64,000 nucleotides of DNA from Bdellovibrio sp. (GTDB lineage Bacteria > Bdellovibrionota > Bdellovibrionia > Bdellovibrionales > Bdellovibrionaceae), in contig JAKFBS010000008.1 of the NCBI GenBank assembly GCA_036677065.1, forward strand, positions 118,593-182,592, read 5' to 3'. A program made the position numbers and the translations under genes. Below are positions 10,143-20,162 of this stretch, one piece after another (the first letter of the stretch is position 1; every line of letters begins with the position of its first letter). The notes under the pieces were generated by a model. That model had not been told where the DNA came from. It made no database searches and saw only the letters and a program-made list of their open reading frames with translations.

Positions 10143-11510
10143 CTAAATTAGCGTTTTAGCGTGTTGAATTTGTACGGCAACAGCTTTTGGAGAAGTTCCG
10201 CCAGCAGAAGTTCTGGCTTGCATGACCGCTAAGTGCGGAAGAGTTTTTAAGCTCTCTTCGTCAAACAACGTATGCAAAGTTTTAAGTTCTGGTAACGTGA
10301 TGTTCTCTAAAGCTAACTGTTTTTTATTACAGTACTGCACAACATGGCCAATCACTTCGTGGGCTTCGCGGAATGGTAAACCTTTTTTTACTAAGTCATC
10401 GGCAAGATCGGTCGCGTTTGAGAAATCACCGGCTAATGATTTTTTCATGTTTTCGGGTTTCCAAGTGGCTTCTTCAAGCATCACTAACATTAAACGCGTG
10501 CAGCCTTTAACTGTATCAAGGCCTGTGAATACATGAAATTTATCCTCTTGCAGATCGCGATTGTAAGCTAATGGTAATGCTTTAAGCGTAGTAAGTAATC
10601 CAATAAGTGCGCCATTAACACGGCCGACTTTTCCGCGGATAAGTTCTGCCACATCTGGATTTTTCTTTTGTGGCATGATGCTAGAACCCGTTGTCACACG
10701 GTCTGACAGCTCTACGAATTTAAATTCTGGCATTGACCATAATACTAATTCTTCACTTAAACGTGAAAGATGCATCATGATTGTTGCGGAATCTGATAGA
10801 AATTCAATCGCGTAATCACGGTCAGAAACCGCGTCTAATGAATTTTCACTTACAGAATTAAAATTTAAATCTTTGGCTACTTGGGCGCGGTTTAACGGAA
10901 AACCAGTACCTGCAAGTGCCGCAGATCCTAGTGGTAAATTTAAAACTCTTTTTTGTGTTTCTTCTAGGCGATCAACGTCGCGCTGAAACATCCAAAAGTA
11001 AGCCATCAAATGATGCGCAAGACTTACGGGTTGCGCATGTTGCATATGCGTAAGGCCCGGCAAAATAGTTTCAAAATGCTTTTCAGCCGTTTTTACTAGG
11101 TAATTTTGCAGCGCTTTAAGGCTTGTTGTTAAATATGAGATTTCTTGTGCTAAATAAAGACGGGTGTCAGTCGCAACCTGATCGTTACGACTGCGTGCTG
11201 TGTGTAGCTTTCCAGCTACAGCGCCGATTTTAGCGTACAGTTTTTTCTCGATATCAGAGTGAATATCCTCTGAGGTCGGATCAATTGCGATTTTAGCTGT
11301 TTTAAAATCTTCATGCATTTGCTGTAAAGCTAAAATAATAACGCCAGCTTCTGCTTTAGGAATAATACCCACATCCCCAAGCATTTTAGCATGTGCAATT
11401 GATCCAAATATGTCGACTTCCCATAACCTAGCATCAACTTCTAATGAAGAAGAAAAAGTTTCTACCTCTTGATGTGTCGGCTCCTGAAATAATCCACCCC
11501 AAAGTTTCAT
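10143..11510 (-). CDS. argH: Argininosuccinate lyase
   Basis: KLWGG, HTARSRNDQ, GSSIMPQKKNPD, YNRDLQEDK. Confidence 0.98.
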   Translation of the reverse strand: MKLWGGLFQEPTHQEVETFSSSLEVDARLWEVDIFGSIAHAKMLGDVGIIPKAEAGVIILALQQMHEDFKTAKIAIDPTSEDIHSDIEKKLYAKIGAVAGKLHTARSRNDQVATDTRLYLAQEISYLTTSLKALQNYLVKTAEKHFETILPGLTHMQHAQPVSLAHHLMAYFWMFQRDVDRLEETQKRVLNLPLGSAALAGTGFPLNRAQVAKDLNFNSVSENSLDAVSDRDYAIEFLSDSATIMMHLSRLSEELVLWSMPEFKFVELSDRVTTGSSIMPQKKNPDVAELIRGKVGRVNGALIGLLTTLKALPLAYNRDLQEDKFHVFTGLDTVKGCTRLMLVMLEEATWKPENMKKSLAGDFSNATDLADDLVKKGLPFREAHEVIGHVVQYCNKKQLALENITLPELKTLHTLFDEESLKTLPHLAVMQARTSAGGTSPKAVAVQIQHAKTLI

Positions 11511-11512
11511 TT

Positions 11513-12724
11513 TTATTGTCCTTGTAAAGCTAATTTATCTTTAATGCTGAAGAACATGCGTGGTTGTAAACCGAAGTTTTTAACTGCGCCTGTGCTTTCA
11601 GATTGAATAAATGTAGTCGTGTCAAAACTTGCAAGATCTTCTGAATAAAGTGCCCAATCAGAAGTTCTGCCAGTAACAACGACGTTACCTTTGTAAAGTT
11701 TTAGTTTAACAGTTCCGTTAACGCGAGTTTGCGTAGCGCCAATGAAAGCTTCAAGATCAGTTTTGAACGGATCCCACCAAAGACCTTCGTAAGCTAACTT
11801 GCTCCACTCAAGATCGATTGTAGATTTGAAACGAATTTCATCTCTTGTTAAAACTAAGTTTTCTAAAGCTTTATGCGCCTTTAATAATACTGTCGATGCC
11901 GGGCATTCGTAGTTTTCTCGAACTTTTAAACCCATCATGCGATCTTCCATAATATCGATACGGCCAATACCGTGATCACCCGCAATTTTATTTAAGTGAA
12001 TCACTAATTGCCCAGGTGTAAATGCAGTATTGTTAATGTGCGTAGGCATTCCGTTTTCAAAAGTTAAAACGATTTCTTCGGCTTTAGCATTTGCGTTCTC
12101 TAAAGATTTTGTCCACATGAAGATTTCTTCTGGTGGTGCGAAATCTGGCTCTTCAAGGCGTCCGCCCTCGATTGAACGACCCCATAAGTTTTCATCAATG
12201 CTCCAGATTTTTTCTAAAGATTGCTGAATAGGTACATTATTTTGTAAGGCGTATTCGATTTCCCAAGAACGAGTCATGTTACGTTCACGAATAGGGGCGT
12301 GGATGACAGCGTCTTGAATTAAAGAGCGTAAACCAAACTCGATACGAAATTGATCATTACCTTTGCCAGTACATCCGTGAGCAAAGTGATTTACATTTAA
12401 TTTTTTAGCCACTTCAGCCGCTTTAGCAGCGATTAAGGGGCGGGCGATAGATGTCGACATCGGGTAACCTTGATAGTCGCCATTGGCTTGCAAAGCTTTA
12501 AAGCAATATTCTTTAATGAACTCTTCTTTAGCATCAACTGTGTAATGCGTAGTTCCTAAAACTTTGGCTTTATCTTGAGCTTGAATAATATCAGCCGGAT
12601 CTTGGCCCACATCAACAGTTACAGTGATCACTTCTTCGTAACCGTACTCTTGTTTCATCAATGGAATACAAATAGAGGTGTCTAAGCCGCCTGAATAAAC
12701 TAATAGAACCTTTTTATTGTTCAT
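11513..12724 (-). CDS. argG: Argininosuccinate synthase
   Basis: YSGGLDTS, HGCTGKGNDQFR, SIDENLWGRSIEGG; start set at 12724 by SD AAGGAG. Confidence 0.98.
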   Translation of the reverse strand: MNNKKVLLVYSGGLDTSICIPLMKQEYGYEEVITVTVDVGQDPADIIQAQDKAKVLGTTHYTVDAKEEFIKEYCFKALQANGDYQGYPMSTSIARPLIAAKAAEVAKKLNVNHFAHGCTGKGNDQFRIEFGLRSLIQDAVIHAPIRERNMTRSWEIEYALQNNVPIQQSLEKIWSIDENLWGRSIEGGRLEEPDFAPPEEIFMWTKSLENANAKAEEIVLTFENGMPTHINNTAFTPGQLVIHLNKIAGDHGIGRIDIMEDRMMGLKVRENYECPASTVLLKAHKALENLVLTRDEIRFKSTIDLEWSKLAYEGLWWDPFKTDLEAFIGATQTRVNGTVKLKLYKGNVVVTGRTSDWALYSEDLASFDTTTFIQSESTGAVKNFGLQPRMFFSIKDKLALQGQ

Positions 12725-12758
12725 TTCTATCTCCTTTAAAGCCTTGTTAGGGCGTTTA

Positions 12759-12873
12759 TGCATACAACTGGTTTATATAGGAATAATTATGCAGTCAACG
12801 AGAATATATAAATTAATGGTTGACATATGCAACATAAATCCATAATTATGCATACATGGTGCATAATTATTCA
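12759..12873. promoter_or_regulatory. Divergent argG/argC control region with ARG boxes
   Basis: TCCATAATTATGCA (12839) and TGCATAATTATTCA (12860) 21 bp apart; GGAATAATTATGCA (12780) with TGCATA half-site 21 bp upstream; TTGACA at 12820. Confidence 0.85.
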
Positions 12874-13923
12874 CGTCCGGCAGCGCAAATGCCGGCACAA
12901 TCTATCTCAGTTTCAGTCGTCGGGGCACGTGGTTACACAGGTCTTGAGACGGTGAAACAACTATTACGTCATCCGTTTGCAAAGCTTACGCATTGTTTTG
13001 CTACGAGTGAATTTTCATTAACTGATTACTTTCAAAGTAAAAAAGCGAGTGAAGTCATTTGTTTGGCTGAAAAAGATTTAATGAAAAATTTAACTGATGT
13101 GGTGTTCTTAGCAACGCCTGCAGAAGCTTCATTAAAATTAGCGCCCGAGATTTTAAAACAAGGTAAATCAGTGATCGATTTATCTGGCGCGTTCCGTTTG
13201 AAAAAAAGCGACTATAATAAATGGTACGGCTTTACGCATGAACAAAATGAATTGTTGCAATCGGCTACCTATGGATTGGTGCCTTTTGCACAACCTTCTG
13301 AATCAAAGCTTATTGCAAACCCTGGTTGTTATGCATCGAGTGTATTAATGGCGTTAATTCCATTAATCAAAAATAACTTAGTTGAAGCAGATACTATTGT
13401 TATCGATGCAAAATCAGGTTCAACAGGAGCCGGTAAAAAAGCTTCTGAGAATTTATTGTTCACTGAAGTTGATGGCGAATGTTTACCGTATAAAATCGGC
13501 AAACATCAGCATTTACCTGAAATCATCGAAGCGGTAGAACAATTTACTGGCGTTAGTATTAATCCATTTTTTACGACGCATTTATTACCAACTCGTCGCG
13601 GGATTTTATCTTCGCTATATATGAAGGTTAAATCTGGCGTTACTAAAGAACAGATCCAAAAGGCTTATGCAGATTCTTACGAGCAAAATGCTTTAGTGTT
13701 TTACGGCGAGAGCGCGAAGCAACCTCAACTTTTATCTTTGAAAAAAGTTGTTGGAACGGCTCACACGCACATTAGTTACGAACTTGTGGACGGGAAACTT
13801 TTTGTTTTCTCGACGATCGACAACCTTATGAAGGGGGCAGCCAGCCAAGCGATTGAAAATTTCAACCGCATGAATGACTTCTCTCAAGATGCAGGGCTTG
13901 CAGATATGGAGGCTATGATATGA
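12856..13923 (+). CDS. argC: N-acetyl-gamma-glutamyl-phosphate reductase
   Basis: VGARGYTG, IDLSGAFR, ANPGCY, IDNLMKGAA; start could be 12889. Confidence 0.97.
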   Translation: MVHNYSRPAAQMPAQSISVSVVGARGYTGLETVKQLLRHPFAKLTHCFATSEFSLTDYFQSKKASEVICLAEKDLMKNLTDVVFLATPAEASLKLAPEILKQGKSVIDLSGAFRLKKSDYNKWYGFTHEQNELLQSATYGLVPFAQPSESKLIANPGCYASSVLMALIPLIKNNLVEADTIVIDAKSGSTGAGKKASENLLFTEVDGECLPYKIGKHQHLPEIIEAVEQFTGVSINPFFTTHLLPTRRGILSSLYMKVKSGVTKEQIQKAYADSYEQNALVFYGESAKQPQLLSLKKVVGTAHTHISYELVDGKLFVFSTIDNLMKGAASQAIENFNRMNDFSQDAGLADMEAMI

Positions 13924-15116
13924 CACCAGGACCAGGATTACACAGAACACCATTACCTAAAGGGTTTTTAACGAGCGGAACAAACTGCGGCGTGCGTAGA
14001 TACCGTCCGGACATTGGCGTAATTATTTCTGAAGTTGATGCAGTAGCAGCCGGGGTTTTTACATTAAATGAATGTAAAGCGGCTCCTGTTTTACATTGTG
14101 CAAAAGTTTTACCAGCTGATAACATCCGCGCTATTTTTACAAATTCAGGACAAGCAAATGCTGCGACTGGAGCTGAAGGTTTTAAGCGTAACCAAGAAGT
14201 TATCACAGGTATGGCAGAAGCCTTAAACGTAACTCCAGATCAAGTGTTGATTGCTTCAACTGGCGTGATCGGCGTGCAAATGGCGACGGATAAAATTATT
14301 CCGGCGTTACCTGATTTAGTAGAGCGTGCGCAAGAAAATGCTGAAAGTTTTGCTTTAGCCATTCTTACAACTGATCTTGTTCCGAAAACTGTAACTACCG
14401 TTGTGAAACTTTCGACTGGTGAAATTCGCATTACCGGAATCTGCAAAGGTTCAGGCATGATTCACCCGAATATGGCAACAATGCTTGGTTACATTTTAAC
14501 TGATGCAAAAATCACTAAAGATGTAGCGCACACAGTTTTAAAAACAGCGACTGATGTTAGTTTTAACATGATCAGTGTTGATGGTGATTCTTCAACGAAT
14601 GACTGCGCATTTATTATGGCAAACGGCGAAAGCGGAGTTGAGTTAAAAAATGATGCTGACTATCACGCGTTTCAAAAAGCGGTGATTGAAGTTTCTATTT
14701 ACTTAGCGAAATCTATTGCCGCCGACGGCGAAGGCGCGACTAAATTAATTGAAGTTGCACTTACTGGTTCGCCTGAAGATGCTTTAGCTAAATCAGCCGC
14801 TCGGGGTGTGACACTATCGCCATTAATTAAAACAGCTGTTCACGGTGAAGATCCAAATTGGGGAAGAATTTTAGCACGTCTTGGAGCAGAGAAAGTTCCG
14901 GCGGCAAGTTTAGCCAAAATGGATTTAACTTTACAAGGCGTAAGACTATTCACAAATGGTGAACCGATCGCTTTTAATAAAGAAGAAGTAAAAGGCCTTT
15001 TAAAACAATCAAATGTTAAAATCGAGATTGATTTAAAATCGGGTCCTTACCAAGCCACAGCATGGGGTTGTGACTTGTCTAAAAAATACGTTGAAATCAA
15101 CACAGAATACTCTTGA
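13920..15116 (+). CDS. argJ: Ornithine acetyltransferase / N-acetylglutamate synthase
   Basis: NSGQANA, ASTGVIG, KGSGMIHPNMATML, DGEGATK, DPNWGRI. Confidence 0.98.
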   Translation: MTPGPGLHRTPLPKGFLTSGTNCGVRRYRPDIGVIISEVDAVAAGVFTLNECKAAPVLHCAKVLPADNIRAIFTNSGQANAATGAEGFKRNQEVITGMAEALNVTPDQVLIASTGVIGVQMATDKIIPALPDLVERAQENAESFALAILTTDLVPKTVTTVVKLSTGEIRITGICKGSGMIHPNMATMLGYILTDAKITKDVAHTVLKTATDVSFNMISVDGDSSTNDCAFIMANGESGVELKNDADYHAFQKAVIEVSIYLAKSIAADGEGATKLIEVALTGSPEDALAKSAARGVTLSPLIKTAVHGEDPNWGRILARLGAEKVPAASLAKMDLTLQGVRLFTNGEPIAFNKEEVKGLLKQSNVKIEIDLKSGPYQATAWGCDLSKKYVEINTEYS

Positions 15117-15127
15117 GGAGCTAAACT

Positions 15128-15931
15128 ATGAGAACAGATTTAGTAGTCATCAAATTAGGTGGGGCTTCGTTACTTGATCCGGCAACTCGTGATCAGGTGG
15201 TTAAAACTGTGCGCGATTACCGTCGTTATGATTATGACGTGGTCCTTGTGCACGGTGGTGGACCTGCAATTAATGCAGAATTAACAAAAAGAAATATTTC
15301 TTGGAGTTTCGTTAACGGCCAACGTGTAACGAGCACAGAAATGATTAATGTTATTGAAAATGTTTTATTTGGCCAAATTAATGCTGAACTTGTTTCAGCT
15401 TTAAATGAAGGCGGAGTGCCGGCTATTGGTTTGTCTGGTGCAAAAAATAATTTATTATTCTGCAGTCAGGCGCAAAAAGACTTAGGCCAAGTTGGTTTAG
15501 TAGAAGCTGTGAACACAGAAATGATTCATGCACTGCTTACGCCAGAAAAAAATGTTGTTCCTGTGATTGCGCCGATTGGTATTGGCGAAAATGCAGAGCT
15601 ATATAACATTAACGCTGACTGGGCTGCGGCTAAAATTGCTTCGGCGTTAAAAGCTAAAAAATTAATTTTCTTAACTGATCAAAACGGAATCCTTGATCAG
15701 AACCAAAAATTAATTGAACAAACGACGAACAATGATCTACAAAAATTGATCACTGACGGCACTGTCAGTGGTGGCATGTACACTAAAGTGTTAACTGTGG
15801 TGGATGCGCTTGTTCACGGTGTTTCGCAAGTTAGAATTCTACGTGGCACAGAAGCTTACAACGGCTTATGGAGCGACTACGTCGGCACTATGTGTAAATC
15901 ATCTGATATTTCGGGGGCTCACTATGTTTAA
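15128..15931 (+). CDS. argB: Acetylglutamate kinase
   Basis: VIKLGG, VHGGGPAIN, NINAD, GGMYTKV. Confidence 0.97.
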   Translation: MRTDLVVIKLGGASLLDPATRDQVVKTVRDYRRYDYDVVLVHGGGPAINAELTKRNISWSFVNGQRVTSTEMINVIENVLFGQINAELVSALNEGGVPAIGLSGAKNNLLFCSQAQKDLGQVGLVEAVNTEMIHALLTPEKNVVPVIAPIGIGENAELYNINADWAAAKIASALKAKKLIFLTDQNGILDQNQKLIEQTTNNDLQKLITDGTVSGGMYTKVLTVVDALVHGVSQVRILRGTEAYNGLWSDYVGTMCKSSDISGAHYV

Positions 15932-16910
15932 CATTACTTCTCCTCATTTTTTAACGGGTGAAGAATTAAGCCAAGCTGAATTAATGAATTTACTTCATTG
16001 CGCGGTTTATCTTAAAGCCAATAAAAAACAAAGTATTTTGCAAAATAAAACCATCGCTTTGCTTTTTGAAAAATCGTCTTTACGTACGCGCATGAGCTTT
16101 ACTGTGGGCATTGAACAGCTTTCTGGCAGCGTTATTGAAATCACTTCAACGCAGCGTAAAAAAGAAACTCCCGCTGACACGATTCGTGTCATGCAAGGGT
16201 ATGTTGACGGTTTAATGATTCGAACGTTTGAGCATGAAATTTTAGAAGAGATGGTGAAGTTTGCTAGAATTCCGATTATTAACGGACTTTCTGATTTACA
16301 TCACCCATGCCAAGCGCTTGCTGATCTTCAAACTTTGCTTGAATGTTTTGGTAAACTTAAAGGTTTAAAACTTTGTTATGTCGGTGACGGTAATAACGTA
16401 CTTCATAGCTTACTATTGTTGGCTCCATATGTCGGAGTTGATGTTCATTATGCATGTCCAGAGGGCTACAAACCGGATTCTAAAATCTTAGCGCGCGCCA
16501 AAGTGCGTGCGCAGGCTGGAGGGGCTGAGATCAAAGAATTTAAAACGCCGCAAGAAGCGGTTACCGGGGTGAATGCGATATACACGGATGTATGGACATC
16601 TATGGGGCAAGAAGAAGAACAAGCCGAACGCTTAAAAGCTTTTGCGGGATACCAAGTAAACCGTGAACTTCATGATTTGGCTGATTCAAAGGCAATTATC
16701 ATGCATTGCATGCCAATTCACGAAGACCAAGAGATCACTCGCGAAATGATTGAGCATTCGAACTCAGTTTTATTTCAACAGAGCGAAAATCGCATGCATG
16801 CGCAAAAAGCTTTGTTGACTGGACTATATTCATTTGAGGAAATGAGACCATGGCAGCCACAACGCAAGCCGACGCACGCGCCAGATTACAAACCCTTCGT
16901 AAACTTCTAG
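15924..16910 (+). CDS. argF: Ornithine carbamoyltransferase
   Basis: FEKSSLRTR, HPCQ, GDGNNV, TDVWTSMG, HCMP; start set at ATG 15924 overlapping argB. Confidence 0.96.
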   Translation: MFNITSPHFLTGEELSQAELMNLLHCAVYLKANKKQSILQNKTIALLFEKSSLRTRMSFTVGIEQLSGSVIEITSTQRKKETPADTIRVMQGYVDGLMIRTFEHEILEEMVKFARIPIINGLSDLHHPCQALADLQTLLECFGKLKGLKLCYVGDGNNVLHSLLLLAPYVGVDVHYACPEGYKPDSKILARAKVRAQAGGAEIKEFKTPQEAVTGVNAIYTDVWTSMGQEEEQAERLKAFAGYQVNRELHDLADSKAIIMHCMPIHEDQEITREMIEHSNSVLFQQSENRMHAQKALLTGLYSFEEMRPWQPQRKPTHAPDYKPFVNF

Positions 16911-17323
16911 AAGAAGGAACGGTTAGTACTCAAGAAGAGCTGTGCGAAGCTTTAGAAAAGAAAAATTTTTCAGTCACGCAAAGTACCATCTCGCGTGACC
17001 TACGCCGTATCGGTGCGGTTAAGACTATTTCGCCTGTGGGTGAAGTGGTTTACCGTTTACCTGATGAATTGTTATTGCCATCAGCGCCTCCTGTATTAAC
17101 TTCGGGAATCAAAGGTTTACTTTTAAGTATCGAACATAACGGTTCAATGATCGTTATTAAAACTCCACCAGGGTCTGCAAGTCTTGTAGCCCATCATTTA
17201 GATTTAACTAAACCTGACGGTATTTTAGGTACCATTGCCGGCGACGACACAATATTTGTGGCCCCAGCATCAGTTAAAAAAATCGAATCGACTATGGAAG
17301 CCATTGTTGACGAACTAAGCTAA
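16850..17323 (+). CDS. argR: Arginine repressor
   Basis: TQEEL, TQSTISRDL, GTIAGDDTIF. Confidence 0.97.
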   Translation: MAATTQADARARLQTLRKLLEEGTVSTQEELCEALEKKNFSVTQSTISRDLRRIGAVKTISPVGEVVYRLPDELLLPSAPPVLTSGIKGLLLSIEHNGSMIVIKTPPGSASLVAHHLDLTKPDGILGTIAGDDTIFVAPASVKKIESTMEAIVDELS

Positions 17324-17341
17324 CAGCGCTGAAATATCAGT

Positions 17342-18094
17342 ATGACAAAGATTTTGCGCCTAAGTGTTCTCATCATCAGTTTAATTTCATCTTTTGCTTT
17401 TGCTCAAGAAGAACAACTTGGTCCGCATCAAGGGCAAGTTAAGTCAGCGGGCTCATTTTTAGTCGAAGTCTTAGTTAATAAAGACGGCTCGTTTGATGTT
17501 TACTTATTAGATGCTGAAACTAAAAAATCTACTGTTCGATATTCTTATGTGACTGGTTCTACTGAAGGGCCATCGCAATCAAAACAAGAAATTCTATGTG
17601 TGGCGCAAAAAGAATACTTCGAATGTTACCCCCGCGCCGGAAATATTAAAAAAGCTAAAAAATTAACTTTAAATTTAGCACGTGCAAATGTAAGCGGAAA
17701 AGACGTGGTGTATTCACTGCCGATTTTTAACCCACAGGATTTAAAAACAGCGAAAGCGCGCATTCAGGCGTTGCAAGTCGGTAAAACACAAAAACTTATT
17801 AGCTTTCGTAATGGCAAAAGAGCCACTGCTAATATTACAGATCTAGAAGCTAACGGAACTTACTGCGCTTTAGAAAATATCAAATTGCAAAATTTAAAAA
17901 TTAAGACGACTAAGAAGGCGAATCTGAAAATCGAAAAATTAGAATTTCCGAATAAAGACATAGTTCGTTATTCGGTTTTAGAAAACAGTAACTATTCAAT
18001 TTACTGTGATTTCACAGGCGATAAAGATTTTAAAGTTGCCGCACTGATCGAAAAGATAAACCAGCACATGGCTGGTTTTCTTCGTATTTTGTAA
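17342..18094 (+). CDS. Secreted hypothetical protein; N-terminal domain paralogous to 49753..50178
   Basis: Signal peptide; GPHQG...KDGSFDVYLLD...C...C...YSLP aligns with GPNGG...KDGSLKVYLLD...C...C...YSLP. Confidence 0.7.
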   Translation: MTKILRLSVLIISLISSFAFAQEEQLGPHQGQVKSAGSFLVEVLVNKDGSFDVYLLDAETKKSTVRYSYVTGSTEGPSQSKQEILCVAQKEYFECYPRAGNIKKAKKLTLNLARANVSGKDVVYSLPIFNPQDLKTAKARIQALQVGKTQKLISFRNGKRATANITDLEANGTYCALENIKLQNLKIKTTKKANLKIEKLEFPNKDIVRYSVLENSNYSIYCDFTGDKDFKVAALIEKINQHMAGFLRIL

Positions 18095-18112
18095 GTAAGA
18101 AATTTAGATTAA

Positions 18113-18817
18113 CTACCAATAAGTTAAAGTAAAGCCATATGAGCTCGGAAATGTAGTTCCACCTGGAAACCATACTGTTTGACCAGCGCTATTTCCAAGA
18201 CTGAATGATCCGCCGCCTGGGTTGTAACCAATATTGTTGAGGACGTCGTTTACGTCTGGTATGTCAACAGCAGCGTATTGTCCGCTCCCGCCGCAAGAAA
18301 TACCTGCAACACTTTTTGTTTCATCGGCAGCATTATTAAACGCTGGACTTGGTGTACACGAGTTTAGCCAATCTGCTAATGGTTGTGCGGTTGCCGCATA
18401 AGTAGCAGAACGCACGATCATATTTGCAGATCCAACAACAAATACAATTTTGGTCGATGTGCTAGGTGTTGTGTTGGTGCCAGCAACAGTCCAAACACCA
18501 GCAGTGTATAAAGTTGCGATATTATTACCGCCAGTGGCAAAAGTAGTAGCACAGGTTGCAGAGTTTGAGAAAAACACATTATATGTATATGTGCCGTTCG
18601 CATTTAATGTTAATTGTTTAAGCGCAGCATAAGTTCCGCCAACAGTTGTTTCGTCATCACAACGTAAACCGCCAAGACTGGCGCCGCCGGCAAGCTGAGC
18701 CGCAGACTGACTACCATCAGTTGGAGTTGCACCTTCAGCAATGGCTGCAAGCTCTTCTTTAGTGCAAGACATGTTTAAGAATAGCGACAGAACAAGAAGT
18801 GGCTTTAGTATTTTCAT
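18113..18817 (-). CDS. Hypothetical lipoprotein
   Basis: Signal peptide ending LNMSC; G/T/A-rich with paired Cys. Confidence 0.7.
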   Translation of the reverse strand: MKILKPLLVLSLFLNMSCTKEELAAIAEGATPTDGSQSAAQLAGGASLGGLRCDDETTVGGTYAALKQLTLNANGTYTYNVFFSNSATCATTFATGGNNIATLYTAGVWTVAGTNTTPSTSTKIVFVVGSANMIVRSATYAATAQPLADWLNSCTPSPAFNNAADETKSVAGISCGGSGQYAAVDIPDVNDVLNNIGYNPGGGSFSLGNSAGQTVWFPGGTTFPSSYGFTLTYW

Positions 18818-18824
18818 GGACTAC

Positions 18825-18851
18825 AGATCGGTAATTTTCGTAAAAAAGTTA
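18825..18851 (-). promoter_or_regulatory. Sigma-28-type promoter
   Basis: TAAC-N15-ACCGATCT, 7 nt before ATG 18817. Confidence 0.5.
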
Positions 18852-18932
18852 AACAAAAAATTGAAACTGCCTCTTGTTGGGAAATTTAGGTGTGGTTTTT
18901 GTTTTCACGTAACATAGTAATGGTAATGGCGA

Positions 18933-19991
18933 CTATTTAAGTGGTGTAGTCTTTAAATAATTTGTAATCGCCTCTTCAAAATAATTAACATACCAGCCCA
19001 TAAAATTCACCTGTGGGTCGCCGCCGCGAACTGTGTTCATGTAAGCTCTTTGGTATTCATCACCTAAATTGTAAAGGGTAGTGCTAAGGCCTGGGTTCTG
19101 ACTGATATCAACGCCGGCAACTTGTTTGTAAACTGTAATTGAAGTGTGTGCCATAGCGGCGATGTAGGCTAACATTTCTTTATTGTTAAAAATAACTTGA
19201 AATGGTTTTTTCAGATTCGTGACATCATAAGTTTTATAGTCGTAACCAAGGGGTTTTGTTTTTTCAGCAACTAGATCTGCGACACTCCATAATAAAAATG
19301 GCTGGGCTTGGCCTAAGCCAAAGGTGCCTTGGCCTTTATTTGAAATTTGATAGAACCAAAAAACAAAGTCGCGGTTACTGCCATTGGCTAAATAACTTGT
19401 TTTATTAAGTAAGCAGCGCCATTTCCAGTAATTTGAAATTTTTAAATCAAGACAGCCCTGTGTGTTCGGGTCTTTGGTGATGATCTGCATACGTGCAGAC
19501 ATGGTTGTAAAATCAGACTCTTTAAACATTTTTGCAAAACTATTTTGAATCGTGTTGTCGATAGCTCCATTAAAAGAATTTTCGCCAATGATTGGTCCAA
19601 GAATATGAAGCGGGTGAATATTAAATGCTTTTGCTAATCTTAAAGTTTCAGATAAAAGACCTTCTTCATTTAAAGCATCTAAAATTTTCGGAATTTTATT
19701 TTTACCCAGGGTTAAGGCAAATTCAGTTTCGCGGCCCGAATTTAACAGGGCTTCCCATTCACCACTTAAGATAGCCCGTGAATACACGCGCAGCTTGGCG
19801 ACTTCGGGGATTGTTTTAAGTTTGCCGTTGCCTTTGGGAATCATGCGCACTTTTTGCGTTTCGCTTTTTTTAAAGTTGTGATCAAGCTCGGTATACAGTG
19901 AAAGGGGAGCTCCCCCAGCTACTGCTGTTGTGGTTACTAAGCTTGTAAGAGTTAACAGAATTAATGGTAAGGCGTGAAGGCGTTTGCTCAT
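18933..19991 (-). CDS. Secreted DUF1402-like protein (possible lysozyme-like fold)
   Basis: Signal peptide; IHPLHILGPIIGEN, GTFGLGQ, DISQNPGLSTTLYN, NFMGWYVN. Confidence 0.7.
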   Translation of the reverse strand: MSKRLHALPLILLTLTSLVTTTAVAGGAPLSLYTELDHNFKKSETQKVRMIPKGNGKLKTIPEVAKLRVYSRAILSGEWEALLNSGRETEFALTLGKNKIPKILDALNEEGLLSETLRLAKAFNIHPLHILGPIIGENSFNGAIDNTIQNSFAKMFKESDFTTMSARMQIITKDPNTQGCLDLKISNYWKWRCLLNKTSYLANGSNRDFVFWFYQISNKGQGTFGLGQAQPFLLWSVADLVAEKTKPLGYDYKTYDVTNLKKPFQVIFNNKEMLAYIAAMAHTSITVYKQVAGVDISQNPGLSTTLYNLGDEYQRAYMNTVRGGDPQVNFMGWYVNYFEEAITNYLKTTPLK

Positions 19992-20003
19992 GGCTTTTTA
20001 CAT

Positions 20004-20019
20004 AGCCATTGTTATGCCA
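20004..20019 (-). promoter_or_regulatory. Sigma-54 promoter
   Basis: TGGCATAACAATGGCT = GG-N10-GC; motif ends 12 nt before ATG 19991. Confidence 0.6.
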
Positions 20020-20162
20020 CAGGCGAAAACTATCCTGAGCTTCTAGTTCTTTGTCATCGCGTCGAAGCTTTTGACAGATCACATTTAGGGGCATTGCTCA
20101 AGATGAGACACTGTCTGCCACTTCATTTGTATTTGAAGCCCAGACTCATATCGATATTCGTT

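Noticed and set aside
15924..16910. SLRT instead of STRT suggesting N-acetyl/succinyl-ornithine transcarbamylase
   Set aside because: The DxxxSMG ornithine motif and presence of argJ support an ordinary OTCase
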